Positions 28,358-38,257 of a stretch of 64,000 bases of DNA are shown here, piece by piece (the stretch's first letter is position 1; the number at the start of each line of letters is the position of its first letter). The position numbers and the translations under genes are program-made. The DNA comes from Candidatus Saccharimonadia bacterium (lineage in GTDB: Bacteria > Patescibacteriota > Saccharimonadia > CAILAD01 > CAZGYV01): the NCBI GenBank assembly GCA_041906885.1, contig JAYRII010000001.1, forward strand, positions 773 through 64,772, given 5' to 3'. A model generated the notes under the pieces. That model saw only the letters and a program-made list of their open reading frames with translations, had not been told where the DNA came from and searched no databases.

Positions 28358-31248
28358 TAGTTCTTTTGCAACTGAATAGTAATATCTTCACCATCTAATT
28401 TAATATCCTTTTGGTAGTCTTTTTTGTTATCTTTAAAATCTAGCTCGGTTGCTAAAACCTCACTCATAATTAATTCTTTATGGGCGAGTATCGCGGTGCT
28501 TGCAAACTGGCTTGCTACAACCAAAGATAATCTTATTCTGTCTTCAACATTTAGCCCTGCTTCTTTACGAGACGTTTGAATATGCCTTATGAGGTCTCGT
28601 ACAAAACCTTCCATTTTTAATATATGAGTAATTTTTGTATTCAATTTGACTAACGTTCTTGCGTCACCTTTTTGGTCCACTAAAAAGTCGACTTTTTTGA
28701 CATTGAGCTCGTCGGCAATAATTTCTTGTAGTTCTTTATCCAACGCACGCGCTACGATTATTTTCACGCTTCCCAGTGGCTGCCTGACCCGAACACCAGC
28801 GGCTGCTCGCTGAGCCAAGCCTTCACTAACTATCTCTCTTAATAATACCATTTGCTCAAGCAACTGCTTGTCCACGGTTTTGGCCTCAAATTTAGGCCAA
28901 TCACATAAGTGCACAGATTCAGCAACACCAGACATACCATCAGTCAAGTGCCTGTATATATAATCACTTGCAAACGGCGACCAGGGTGCGAGCAACTGAC
29001 AGATTTTTATTAAAGCCCAAAATAGTGTTTGATATGCTTGCTGCTTATCACTATCATCACTACTTTTCCAGAAACGGCGACGGGATCTGCGAATATACCA
29101 ATTAGATAAGTCGTCAACAAGTTCAAGAATAGGCCTCGTGGCAGATGGCAAATCATAATCTACTAGTGCGGCCTCCATATCAAGACCAATCTGCTTGACT
29201 CTTGAAACTAGCCACAGATCTAATCGGTTTTTGAGTTTCTCGGGCTGATTTAAACTTTTGGGTTTAAAGCCATCAATTTGAGCATACATCGTCCAGAAGC
29301 CAGCACTATTGTAGAGAGTCATAAACAAGTTGCGTTGCACGCTCCTGATAGCCTCCTCATCAAGAGCAACCGTCTCACCATTTATGACGGGGCTGGTCAA
29401 TAAGTAATAACGTAAGCTATCTGAGCCAAAAGTGTCAAAAACATCTTCTAGGGCCGGGTAGTTGCCCAGTCTCTTACTCATTTTTCTACCATCAGTTCCT
29501 AAGATGATACCGTGGCTGATACAGGTCTTAAAGGCTGGTTGATTAAAAAGAGCCGTCGCTAAAACATGCAGGGTATAAAACCACCCTCTAACTTGGCCGT
29601 TGTATTCGGTAATAAAATCGGCCGGAAATTGTTTCTTAAAGCTCTCCTCATTGATCGAAAAAGGAAAATTATCTTGTGCATATGGCATAGCACCAGATTC
29701 AAACCAACAATCTAGCACATCCTCAACTCTTTTATAAATCTTACCACCATGCTTAATGATAACTTCATCAATGGCCGGCCTATGCCAATCTGTCACCTTT
29801 GCAGGATTTTCTGCTAGATCTTTTAGCTCTGCTAGGCTCCGAACCAAGATTGTATCACCGTCCTGATTACGCCAGATGGGTAGCGGTGCGCCCCAGAATC
29901 TATTCCTTGATATATTCCAATCACGGGCGTTTTTGAGCCAATTGCCAAACGAGCCATCCTTAACATTTTCTGGAATCCAATCAATTTGCTGGTTATTATT
30001 GAGTAATTTTTGCTTTATCTTAGTTACATCAACAAACCACGACGTCTGCGCACGATAGATCAGCGGATTATCGGTTCGCCAACAGTGTGGGTAGTTATGC
30101 CGGTAGAGCTCTGAAGCAAATAGCTGGCCCATATTAGTTAGCCGGTCGATAATAGATTTATTGGTATCAAAAACCAGTTCGCCCGTATAGTCGCTTACTT
30201 CGCTTGTAAAACGACCTCGACTGTCGACCGGACAAACTACATCAATACCCGCCTTGGCAGCTACGATCTGATCATCCTCACCAAAACCTGGTGCAATATG
30301 AACTACACCCGTACCCTCTTCGGTATTAACAAAATCGGCTGCCAGCACCACAAAGGCATTGGCCGAGCTGGTGAAATAGTCAAATAATGGCGTGTAACGA
30401 AGTCCAGCTAATTCTTTGCCGACGAATTTACGCTTAGATTTGGCTGACACGAACCGGTCAGAGTAACGCTCTTGAGCTGACTCAGCTAGGACGTATATTT
30501 TACCATCAAGCTCCAGCTCAACGTAAGTAATATCTGGATTGATCGCTAAAGCTAAGTTCGACGGCAGTGTCCACGGAGTTGTTGTCCAAACCAACAGATT
30601 ACGGTCATCAGCGAGCTTAAATTCGACTGTTACCGTCTGATCCTCGCGTTCTCTGGTCGCATCATCGAGTCTGGTTTCAAAATTTGACAAGGAAGTTTCG
30701 CAGATGTAGCAATAGGGCAAAACCTTATGGCCCTCGTAGATCAAATCCTTATCCCAAAGCTGGCCAAACACCCAGATGACACTATCCATATATGCCGGGT
30801 CCATTGTGCGATAGTCATCATCAAAATCAACCCAGCGGCCAAGTCGAGTGACATAGCCCTGCCATTCCTTGGTGTAACGCAGGACTGACTGCCGACAAAA
30901 GGCATTAAACTTATCTATGCCATAATCAATTATATCTACCTTGCCAGTCACACCAAGCTGTTTTTCGGCCTCCATTTCAGCGGGCAAACCATGACAATCC
31001 CAGCCAAATCGCCTGGGCACATAGTGACCTTGCATGGTCTTAAGACGCGGAATGGCATCTTTTATTACGCTGGTGACTAAATGACCATAATGAGGCAAGC
31101 CATTTGCAAACGGAGGACCATCATAAAATGTATACCTTGTAGCATTCTGTCGCTGCTTGAGACTTTTCTTAAAAATGTCTCGATCTTGCCAAAATGTCAA
31201 AGTATCTTCTTCGATTGTTTTATTATTATATGGTGGTAATTTTTTCAT
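28357..31248 (-). CDS. ileS: Isoleucine--tRNA ligase (IleRS2 type)
   Basis: GPPFANGLPHYGH, GWDCHGLP, WTTTPWTL, KMSKR, NWYIRRSRRRFW; no C-terminal Zn finger; start MKKLPP. Confidence 0.97.
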   Translation of the reverse strand: MKKLPPYNNKTIEEDTLTFWQDRDIFKKSLKQRQNATRYTFYDGPPFANGLPHYGHLVTSVIKDAIPRLKTMQGHYVPRRFGWDCHGLPAEMEAEKQLGVTGKVDIIDYGIDKFNAFCRQSVLRYTKEWQGYVTRLGRWVDFDDDYRTMDPAYMDSVIWVFGQLWDKDLIYEGHKVLPYCYICETSLSNFETRLDDATREREDQTVTVEFKLADDRNLLVWTTTPWTLPSNLALAINPDITYVELELDGKIYVLAESAQERYSDRFVSAKSKRKFVGKELAGLRYTPLFDYFTSSANAFVVLAADFVNTEEGTGVVHIAPGFGEDDQIVAAKAGIDVVCPVDSRGRFTSEVSDYTGELVFDTNKSIIDRLTNMGQLFASELYRHNYPHCWRTDNPLIYRAQTSWFVDVTKIKQKLLNNNQQIDWIPENVKDGSFGNWLKNARDWNISRNRFWGAPLPIWRNQDGDTILVRSLAELKDLAENPAKVTDWHRPAIDEVIIKHGGKIYKRVEDVLDCWFESGAMPYAQDNFPFSINEESFKKQFPADFITEYNGQVRGWFYTLHVLATALFNQPAFKTCISHGIILGTDGRKMSKRLGNYPALEDVFDTFGSDSLRYYLLTSPVINGETVALDEEAIRSVQRNLFMTLYNSAGFWTMYAQIDGFKPKSLNQPEKLKNRLDLWLVSRVKQIGLDMEAALVDYDLPSATRPILELVDDLSNWYIRRSRRRFWKSSDDSDKQQAYQTLFWALIKICQLLAPWSPFASDYIYRHLTDGMSGVAESVHLCDWPKFEAKTVDKQLLEQMVLLREIVSEGLAQRAAAGVRVRQPLGSVKIIVARALDKELQEIIADELNVKKVDFLVDQKGDARTLVKLNTKITHILKMEGFVRDLIRHIQTSRKEAGLNVEDRIRLSLVVASQFASTAILAHKELIMSEVLATELDFKDNKKDYQKDIKLDGEDITIQLQKN

Positions 31249-31289
31249 AAATATATTTTTCGACTCTCTAAAAATAACCTGTCTTAAAC

Positions 31290-31490
31290 AAAAATAACCA
31301 GATATGCAGGAATCCGCAAACAATAAATTACAGATGGTACCATCCTGCTTCCCTGATTATATATCGGGCACTTAATTTGTCACAGTTAACGGACTGTCCT
31401 GCCGGCGAATTCTAATTCTAGAATGTCAATCTAGTTTCTTTTCGCAACATTCGTGGTTGATAGCCACTCATTCGACATCATCGTCGAAGT
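31290..31490 (-). promoter_or_regulatory. T-box riboswitch (Ile, AUC specifier)
   Basis: GCAGGA-UGGUACC-AUCUGUAA/UUGCGGAU-UCCUGC antiterminator fold, CCGUUA box, stem II, GUGG-CUAUCAA-CCAC stem I. Confidence 0.88.
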
Positions 31491-31564
31491 GTTTTTTTAA
31501 AAAATACTTTTCTCTTTGATATCATACAATCTTACTGCGACTAATTCAAGCGAAATATAGGCGA

Positions 31565-31825
31565 TTATGTGGCTAGTGAATTAATGATATGCTGCAGAAT
31601 CTGCAAAGCAAGTATAACTAAGAGTGGCGAAAGGTCAATCGGGCCACTATTGGGCATTATCCTGCGCACCGGACTAAGTAGAGGCTCTGTCAGCTCAAAT
31701 ATAATTAGTGCAAATTTATTTGACCTTAAGTCTGCTACTATCCAGCTTAATACAATCCGAACCAGCAATAAGATATTGTAGACAAAGATGAAAATGCCAA
31801 CAAAGTTTACCAGTATCCGCATCAT
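31565..31825 (-). CDS. yggT: YggT family membrane protein
   Basis: RIVLSW, LTEPLLSPVRR, IDLSPL. Confidence 0.92.
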   Translation of the reverse strand: MMRILVNFVGIFIFVYNILLLVRIVLSWIVADLRSNKFALIIFELTEPLLSPVRRIMPNSGPIDLSPLLVILALQILQHIINSLAT

Positions 31826-32079
31826 ATATAAGCAATGCGACTGATCTCACTGGGGCTTGGTAATAGGTCCTGCCAAGCATACATCAGCTTGCCATCATCC
31901 TGAGTGGTAATGACAGCAGGAGTCTGCACAACGTCATAAAGTTCGGCTTTTGCTACCCCTTCACGAGAATCAATATCAATACTTTCAAAATCTATTTTTA
32001 GCCGCTCCAACTCCGCCAACATTCGATCGGTGTCAAACTTACCAGGTTGTCCCTTGCGAGTAAAAACTAAAGTTTTCAT
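31822..32079 (-). CDS. Thioredoxin/glutaredoxin-fold-like protein without CxxC
   Basis: 'DIDSREG...AELYDV..TPAVI'; leaderless start MKTLVF. Confidence 0.65.
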   Translation of the reverse strand: MKTLVFTRKGQPGKFDTDRMLAELERLKIDFESIDIDSREGVAKAELYDVVQTPAVITTQDDGKLMYAWQDLLPSPSEISRIAYI

Positions 32080-32197
32080 AAATACTATTGTAATGCTTTT
32101 TGCTGGTCCATAAAAGGCCTTGAGGGCCGGCAACACCTGCTTATGCTAAGCGTCGCCAGCCCTGGATATGTGTTTTTAAAAGAAAAAGGTTTTGATA

Positions 32198-32365
32198 TTA
32201 GTGAGGTCGACGGTTGGCGAAACCAAGCCCCCAGTAGTCACCCAGGTAGCTGTCCGCTAGTTCTGTAGCCAGACCGAACTGAATGTCAAACTGATTGGCC
32301 GTCTGCTCGTCTTTTTGGTCGAGCATCGTTTCGGTGAGCTTTTCGCTAACCTTACCTTCGCACAT
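32198..32365 (-). CDS. Small acidic ORFan, 55 aa (not in ORF track)
   Basis: AGAGAGGG SD; MCEGKVSEKLTETMLDQKDEQTANQFDIQFGLATELADSYLGDYWGLGFANRRPH*. Confidence 0.55.
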   Translation of the reverse strand: MCEGKVSEKLTETMLDQKDEQTANQFDIQFGLATELADSYLGDYWGLGFANRRPH

Positions 32366-32404
32366 ACTTTTTCCCTCTCTCTTCTCCTCGGACTTTCCGA
32401 GAAA

Positions 32405-32482
32405 TGGTCGGGATGGTGGGAGTCGAACCCATCACCTTCTGCAGTGTAACCGCAGCTGCTCATCCACTCGAGCTCCATCCCG
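32405..32482 (-). tRNA. Atypical tRNA-Val(TAC)-like element
   Basis: CGGGATG/CATCCCG acceptor + ACCA, GCTC/GAGC D-stem, TTCGA T-loop, TAC anticodon; several invariant positions violated. Confidence 0.7.
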
Positions 32483-32493
32483 CTACTAGACTA

Positions 32494-32522
32494 AAAACTC
32501 CCCACCTGACGAGGGGAGTTTG
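32494..32522 (-). terminator. Intrinsic terminator upstream of the tRNA-like element
   Basis: AAACTCCCC..GGGGAGTTTTT on the minus strand. Confidence 0.65.
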
Positions 32523-32639
32523 CGGTTCTTCTAAAATTTGTGTAAATTTTACTCTGAACAGACAGCCCCAAGCGACTCACAGAAAGTGAGAATTGGCAGG
32601 ATCATGCTAAATAATAGTCTTCGACTGTTCATACAGATG

Positions 32640-32668
32640 ATTTTATTACTGAGTCAATAGTTTGTCAA
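32640..32668 (-). promoter_or_regulatory. Near-consensus sigma70 promoter
   Basis: TTGACA-17 nt-TAAAAT. Confidence 0.7.
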
Positions 32669-32679
32669 ACCATTACTGC

Positions 32680-33144
32680 TTAACGGAGTTGTTGGCGATT
32701 CTTGAGACGTGTCAACTCAGCTTCAAAACTCTTAATATCCGTGAAGGATCGATAAACACTAGCAAACCGGACATATGCCACGTCGTCAATATTGATCAGT
32801 CGCGCCATTAGTAATTCGCCAATTTGGACAGACAAAACCTCACTCTCTGAGGTTGCTTTAATCTCTCGCTCAACATCGGATATCAATCCTTCTATTTCGG
32901 AGGCTGACACTGGTCGTTTCTCAAAAGCTCTATATATTCCTCGAGAGAGCTTCTGGCGGCTATAGAGTTCGCGGTCGCCATTCCTTTTAACCACTAACAA
33001 ATTGGGCGTTTCAATACGTTCGTAGGTGGTATAACGAAACTTACAGCCCAAACATTGCCGCCGCCTTCTGATCGCATTGCCGTCTTCAACATCGCGCGAC
33101 TCGAGTACTTTACTATCGTGATTATTGCAGTTGGGGCAACCCAT
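32680..33144 (-). CDS. nrdR: Transcriptional repressor NrdR
   Basis: CPNC, SKVLESR, IRRRRQC, ATP cone, AYVRFASVY. Confidence 0.97.
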   Translation of the reverse strand: MGCPNCNNHDSKVLESRDVEDGNAIRRRRQCLGCKFRYTTYERIETPNLLVVKRNGDRELYSRQKLSRGIYRAFEKRPVSASEIEGLISDVEREIKATSESEVLSVQIGELLMARLINIDDVAYVRFASVYRSFTDIKSFEAELTRLKNRQQLR

Positions 33145-33180
33145 TATTGTCTTCGCTGCTGAGGATTAATTCTAATACAC

Positions 33181-34638
33181 CTACTCCATTTTTCGTTTAA
33201 TAAAGCTCGGAATATCATCTTCTTGCTCCTGATTCTCGCTTGGTTGATCGATTTTTAGACCCTGCCGCAAGTAGGCTGGTTTGTCTAGATCATCCTCCTC
33301 CATACTAAAGCCAGTCGAAACAGTCTCAACAATTGGCTTGGCTGGGGTTACTTCCTCTGAGATTTTACTGGCGTCTTCTTTGCTTTCCCTAACTTCATCT
33401 GCACCAGTCGGCACGGATTCCTCTTCATAATCAAAGGTGGTGATTGGCTCATCAAACATGGTTGGTGATTTTGCAATATCCGGATTAGATTTGACTAGCG
33501 GTTCTTTCTCGTCATGGTTATAAACCGGACGAGGCTTTGCAGTGATAAAAGGGGCAAGCGGTTCTGGCTCTGGAACCGGCTCTAGCTCTGGCTCTTTGGT
33601 GCTTGCTGCCACCGGTTCAGTATCCCGGTGGCTGACCGGCTGAGAAGTATAGCCAGAGAAAATTCCGGCTCCACTCGGTCGACGCTCTGAATCAAACCCA
33701 GTTGCTACCAAAGTGACTTTGATTTCACCAGTAGTATTCTCATCTAGCACAGTACCCCAGATTATATTTGCCTCCTGGTCAACTGCATCGTAGATAAGCT
33801 TGGCGGCTTCTTCGATTTCGTGCATACCCATGTCCCGACCGCCAGTAAAGTTAATCAGAACACCTTTAGCTCCCTGAATAGAAATGTCTAAGAGCGGCGA
33901 ATCCATAGCTTGCTTGACCGCCTCAATGGCTCGCGCGTCGCCAGCCCCACGACCAATTCCCATCAGTGCACTACCAGCATTACTCATAATTGATTTAACA
34001 TCGGCGAAGTCGAGATTAACCAAGCCATTAACTGTTATAAGATCGGAAATACCTTGAACGCCCTGTCGCAGGACATCGTCAACCGCCCCAAAAGCCTCTA
34101 AAAGCGATGTCTTACGATCAATAATCTGCAATATTCTATCATTTGGTATAACGATCAAAGTATCGACCTGGTCATTCAATTGAGCAATGCCCGAATCGGC
34201 GATTTTGCGACGGCGATCACCCTCGAAGGTAAAAGGCTTGGTGACAATACCAACAGTTAAAGCCCCGATCTCACGAGCAATGCGAGCTACAACGGGCGCA
34301 GCACCGCTACCAGTACCGCCGCCCATTCCTGCTGTCACAAACACCATCTCAGAGTTTTTAAGAGCATTATAGATATCCTCTTCACTCTCCTCGGCGGCTT
34401 GAAAGCCGACATCTGGATTAGCACCAGCACCCAGTCCTTTAGTGGCTTCCTTGCCAATGTGGACTTTTTTGTTTGCTTGTGAGTAATGCAAGGCTTGAGC
34501 GTCAGTATTAATGGCAACAAAATCAATGCCACGAATCTTTGATTGTACCATCCGATTTAAAGCATTATTGCCACCACCGCCTATACCGACCACTTTTATA
34601 CGTGCAAATGTCTCAATTTCAGGTAAGATTTCGGCCAT
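33181..34638 (-). CDS. ftsZ: Cell division protein FtsZ
   Basis: [22 protein letters not shown]; long acidic linker. Confidence 0.98.
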   Translation of the reverse strand: MAEILPEIETFARIKVVGIGGGGNNALNRMVQSKIRGIDFVAINTDAQALHYSQANKKVHIGKEATKGLGAGANPDVGFQAAEESEEDIYNALKNSEMVFVTAGMGGGTGSGAAPVVARIAREIGALTVGIVTKPFTFEGDRRRKIADSGIAQLNDQVDTLIVIPNDRILQIIDRKTSLLEAFGAVDDVLRQGVQGISDLITVNGLVNLDFADVKSIMSNAGSALMGIGRGAGDARAIEAVKQAMDSPLLDISIQGAKGVLINFTGGRDMGMHEIEEAAKLIYDAVDQEANIIWGTVLDENTTGEIKVTLVATGFDSERRPSGAGIFSGYTSQPVSHRDTEPVAASTKEPELEPVPEPEPLAPFITAKPRPVYNHDEKEPLVKSNPDIAKSPTMFDEPITTFDYEEESVPTGADEVRESKEDASKISEEVTPAKPIVETVSTGFSMEEDDLDKPAYLRQGLKIDQPSENQEQEDDIPSFIKRKME

Positions 34639-34827
34639 ATTTCCTCTTGATACTCCCTATTATGAATAGATGCATTATAAGGTTAAATCCTTGCCACTTC
34701 CCAAGCAACACTAAAGCTTGACTAAAACTAAGTATAGCCAAGACAGGACTTGAATGCAAATTATTTATTCAAAATTATTATCTAATTTTGATTGATAAAT
34801 TATGTGTTCAATTTTAATATTAAATAA

Positions 34828-36057
34828 TCACGGCAGAAAGCTTTTGAAAATTCCCTTAACTCGGCCAAATATTTTTTCAACTCGGCCGTTTATTCCAACG
34901 TGAACCGCTGGCTGCTCCATATCCTCTAGCATCAACCCAACTACTGCCGCCAAACTTGGGTCATTGATCCGTTCAGTTAGCCCTGAAAACCCAGTTGGTT
35001 TACCGATGGCAACAGGTAACTTTAAAATGTCTTTGGCAAAATCAGCAATTTCGGGCATTTTAGCGCAGCCTCCAGTCAGAACCACCCCGGCAGCTAGCAT
35101 TGAGTCTTTACCAGCCTTTCTAAGTTCACCAGCCGCCATTGTAAATATCTCGTGCAACCTGGACGAAACGATCTTATCGATCTCATTAGTAGCTATTGTG
35201 CCGTTGATATCAAATTCACTCAAGTCCAACTTTTCGCCACCTTTGGCCTTTGGTTGGCGGGCAACAGCATATTTTAGCTTCACTTTTTCAGCTACATCGA
35301 TGTTAGTTCTGAGGCCATAAACTAAATCCTTGGTGATATGATTAGAACCTACCGGCAAGATGGCTGTAAAACTAACATTACCCTCTTCAAATACGACAAT
35401 GCCGGTTGTTTCGGCTCCGATATCCATCACAATTGCACCTAACTCTCGCTGTTTTTTGGTAATAACTGACTTCGCACTAGCCAACGGAACAATCATTTGA
35501 TCGTTGATGTTAATGCCAGCCCTAAAAACAGCACTGCTCAGATTCTTAATAGCAGGTGTTGCTGCCGTAATGATATGGGTATCAATCTCCAGTCTAACAC
35601 CGCTCATACCAATAGGATCGGACACATTTGGCTGGCCATCAACAATATAACTTCGTGGAATGACCTGTAAAATTTGACGATTATTCTCCAGCTGGATGGC
35701 AGTAGCTGCTTCCTCGGCCCTCAATAGATCTTCTCGACTAATCTCGTGGTCGGCCCGACTAACAGCGATGACTCCTCGCGAGTTCAAGCTCTGAATATGC
35801 GCCCCATCAACACTAATCGTAGCCCGCTCAATGGCAACACCACTCATACGCTCGGCTTCTTCAAGAGCCGCTGTAATCGAGCTAACAGTCTCCTCGATAT
35901 CAACTACGACACCTCGTCTCAAGCCGGCCGTCGGTGACATACCAAAGCCGATAATACTTGGGGTAGCCGACCCTTCTTCATGTAGGCCAACTACACAAGC
36001 TATCTTGCTAGTGCCGACATCAAGTCCAACATAGGTTGTTTCGTTTTTTGCAGCCAC
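34828..36057 (-). CDS. ftsA: Cell division protein FtsA
   Basis: GLDVGTSKI, DIGAETT, VLTGG; upstream of ftsZ. Confidence 0.97.
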   Translation of the reverse strand: MAAKNETTYVGLDVGTSKIACVVGLHEEGSATPSIIGFGMSPTAGLRRGVVVDIEETVSSITAALEEAERMSGVAIERATISVDGAHIQSLNSRGVIAVSRADHEISREDLLRAEEAATAIQLENNRQILQVIPRSYIVDGQPNVSDPIGMSGVRLEIDTHIITAATPAIKNLSSAVFRAGININDQMIVPLASAKSVITKKQRELGAIVMDIGAETTGIVVFEEGNVSFTAILPVGSNHITKDLVYGLRTNIDVAEKVKLKYAVARQPKAKGGEKLDLSEFDINGTIATNEIDKIVSSRLHEIFTMAAGELRKAGKDSMLAAGVVLTGGCAKMPEIADFAKDILKLPVAIGKPTGFSGLTERINDPSLAAVVGLMLEDMEQPAVHVGINGRVEKIFGRVKGIFKSFLP

Positions 36058-36144
36058 TAGTTCCTCTTGGATTAATTATCTATCTACTTCATTATAACCA
36101 AGCCAGACTTACAGAAGCAAATTGATCACCTTGGATGAATGTTT

Positions 36145-36897
36145 TTAACCTCGAGCAGTTAGTACTTCAGCCCCATCACCTGTGATTAGAATTGTATGCT
36201 CAAACTGCGCCGCCAAAGAGCCATCAACGGTTTTGTAAGTCCAGCCATCATCTGCCAGATAAATCTTACCTTGCCCAATCGAGGCAATAGGCTCAACTGC
36301 AATTGTCATGCCGGCTCGTAAAACCTGACCGGTACCTCGAGTGCCAAAGTTAGGGATCGAAGGATCTTCGTGAACCTGATGACCTACCCCGTGACCACTT
36401 AGCCCTTCAACCACAGCAAGGCCATGTGATTTAAGCTCAGCCTCAATCACAGCTCCAATATCCCCAACCCTAACACCATCTTTAATGATATCAATTGCCT
36501 GATCAAGCGCCCGGCTTGTTCCTTCTAATAGTCTTGTGGCGACATGTGAGACTTGACCAACCGCTATAGTGATAGCTGAATCGGTAATCATGCCTTTATA
36601 AATAACACCGTAGTCTAATCCAACAATATCACCGTTTTTGATAATTCTTTGACTGGGTATCGTATGCACTACCTCATCATTAACGGAGACGCAAATATTT
36701 GCTGGATATCCATCATAGCCCAAAAAAGCTGGTTGACCATCGCGCTTAATTGTCTCTGCTAAAGCTATATCGTCAATTTGTTTAGTAGTCATACCAGGTC
36801 TTACTACGTCTTCCAGGTGTTCCAGTACGGCAGCTAGAATGGCTCCGCTTTGGCGAATATTAGCTATCTCTTCGGCTGACTTTACTTGTGTTTTCAC
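36145..36897 (-). CDS. map: Methionine aminopeptidase type I
   Basis: CVSVNDEVVH, GHGVG..HEDP, AQFEHT. Confidence 0.97.
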   Translation of the reverse strand: MKTQVKSAEEIANIRQSGAILAAVLEHLEDVVRPGMTTKQIDDIALAETIKRDGQPAFLGYDGYPANICVSVNDEVVHTIPSQRIIKNGDIVGLDYGVIYKGMITDSAITIAVGQVSHVATRLLEGTSRALDQAIDIIKDGVRVGDIGAVIEAELKSHGLAVVEGLSGHGVGHQVHEDPSIPNFGTRGTGQVLRAGMTIAVEPIASIGQGKIYLADDGWTYKTVDGSLAAQFEHTILITGDGAEVLTARG

Positions 36898-37442
36898 AAT
36901 ACTATTTTTCTGATACTATCACTAATCTCAACCGGGGTTCTAGTGGCATCGATTTCGCTTAACTTATGCTGACTTAAATAATAATCAATCACTAGCTGAG
37001 TAGTGGTGTGATAGACATCAAAACGATGCTTGATAATATTGGTCTCGTCATCTTTACGCTTACGCTTAAGTAGTCTTTCTCTGGCCACCTCATCAGGCAA
37101 TTCCAACAAAATCACCTTATCAACGGACTTATCCCGTAAACCTAAATAATCATCGAACCACTTCGCCTGGTCGATATCACGAGGGTAACCATCTGTTACA
37201 ATTCGACCTGCAAAGTTATCTTTTTCAAGCTCACTGGCGACATATTGATTGACTAAATCGTTATCGACTAAACCACCTTTTTCTAATTCTTGAGCAATTT
37301 TTGTGTTCTTTTCTGAAAGCGTTCTAACGTAATGGCCTGTCTTAATTAATTTATAGTTCAGTTGGTCTTGTAAGATTTTTGACTGGGTGCCTTTCCCAGA
37401 GCCCGGCTTGCCTAGCATAACAATTATATGCGATTGCTTCAT
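36894..37442 (-). CDS. adk: Adenylate kinase (short, no long LID)
   Basis: GKPGSGKGTQ, DGYPR, RKDD. Confidence 0.9.
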   Translation of the reverse strand: MKQSHIIVMLGKPGSGKGTQSKILQDQLNYKLIKTGHYVRTLSEKNTKIAQELEKGGLVDNDLVNQYVASELEKDNFAGRIVTDGYPRDIDQAKWFDDYLGLRDKSVDKVILLELPDEVARERLLKRKRKDDETNIIKHRFDVYHTTTQLVIDYYLSQHKLSEIDATRTPVEISDSIRKIVL

Positions 37443-37799
37443 CTAGAAGATTGTCCTGAGAATATATGGCCCAAAAACTAATACAGCAATCAAGACAGCC
37501 CCGACTGCTGTAACTAAAACGCCAGCAGCCGTCATATCTTTCACCTGACGAACCACCTGATTGTTTTCTTTCGATAATACGTCGAGGGTTTTTTCTAAAG
37601 CAGTATTCACAATTTCTGCAAAAAACACCAGGATAATGGCTATAAAAACGAAGAGTAGCTGTGTTATTGCAATATGCAGTATCAAACTTGCTAGTAGAGC
37701 TCCAAGTGCAAACAGGAGGTGTATTTTAGCATTACGTTCAGTACTAAATACATGCTTTAAGCCTCGAATGGCATAACGAAAACTTGCTAATGTAACCAT
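37443..37799 (-). CDS. dgkA: Diacylglycerol/undecaprenol kinase
   Basis: SFRYAIRG, ERN, EIVNTALE, KDMTAAGVL. Confidence 0.92.
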   Translation of the reverse strand: MVTLASFRYAIRGLKHVFSTERNAKIHLLFALGALLASLILHIAITQLLFVFIAIILVFFAEIVNTALEKTLDVLSKENNQVVRQVKDMTAAGVLVTAVGAVLIAVLVFGPYILRTIF

Positions 37800-38251
37800 T
37801 TAAATTGCCTTGATTTAAACGCTAGTTCTAACATAATACCATCTTGAAGACTACTAAATCTAGCCCGCCCTGATTCGTCTTGATGGTCTAGTTTGAGTAT
37901 GTGCAAAATACCGTGAATGAGTAGCAACGACACTTCAGCCTTGAAGGGTAAATTATATTCTTGAGCTTGAGAGTAAGCTAGGTCGGTACAAATTACTATT
38001 TCACCAATCAGTTCGCTATTTGGCAATTGGCTTTGTTCTCGATAATCAAAAGACAATACGTCGGTTGGATAATCATTACCAGCGTAGGTTTTATTGAGCT
38101 GGCGGCTTTTTGCTTTGCCGACAAATGATAGCTCAATTGTGCCATTAGCCTCACTTCCAACTCTCTTAATAGTGATACTAGCGGCTTTATCTAATATATC
38201 TTGGCTAACACCACGAGGAAGTGGCTTGCTGATATGTAAAGTGATCGGCAA
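37787..38251 (-). CDS. ybeY: rRNA maturation factor YbeY
   Basis: PTDVLSF, GEIVIC, HGILHILKLDH. Confidence 0.93.
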   Translation of the reverse strand: MPITLHISKPLPRGVSQDILDKAASITIKRVGSEANGTIELSFVGKAKSRQLNKTYAGNDYPTDVLSFDYREQSQLPNSELIGEIVICTDLAYSQAQEYNLPFKAEVSLLLIHGILHILKLDHQDESGRARFSSLQDGIMLELAFKSRQFKWLH

Positions 38252-38257
38252 GGCTTT

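Noticed and set aside
31249-31323. N-terminal extensions given by the ORF track (ileS; likewise LCP, GNAT, rbfA, treT)
   Set aside because: They overlap the T-box, promoters or neighbouring genes; downstream starts fit better
32386-32402. RNase P RNA (GGAAAGTCCG on the minus strand)
   Set aside because: Only the 5' motif is present, inside a local hairpin; no matching 3' P4 strand, and a plausible ORF follows
32198-32482. tmRNA (normal or permuted)
   Set aside because: No G3.U70 alanine acceptor, a D-stem and anticodon arm are present, and the ORF has SD/ATG and lacks an AA-type tag end
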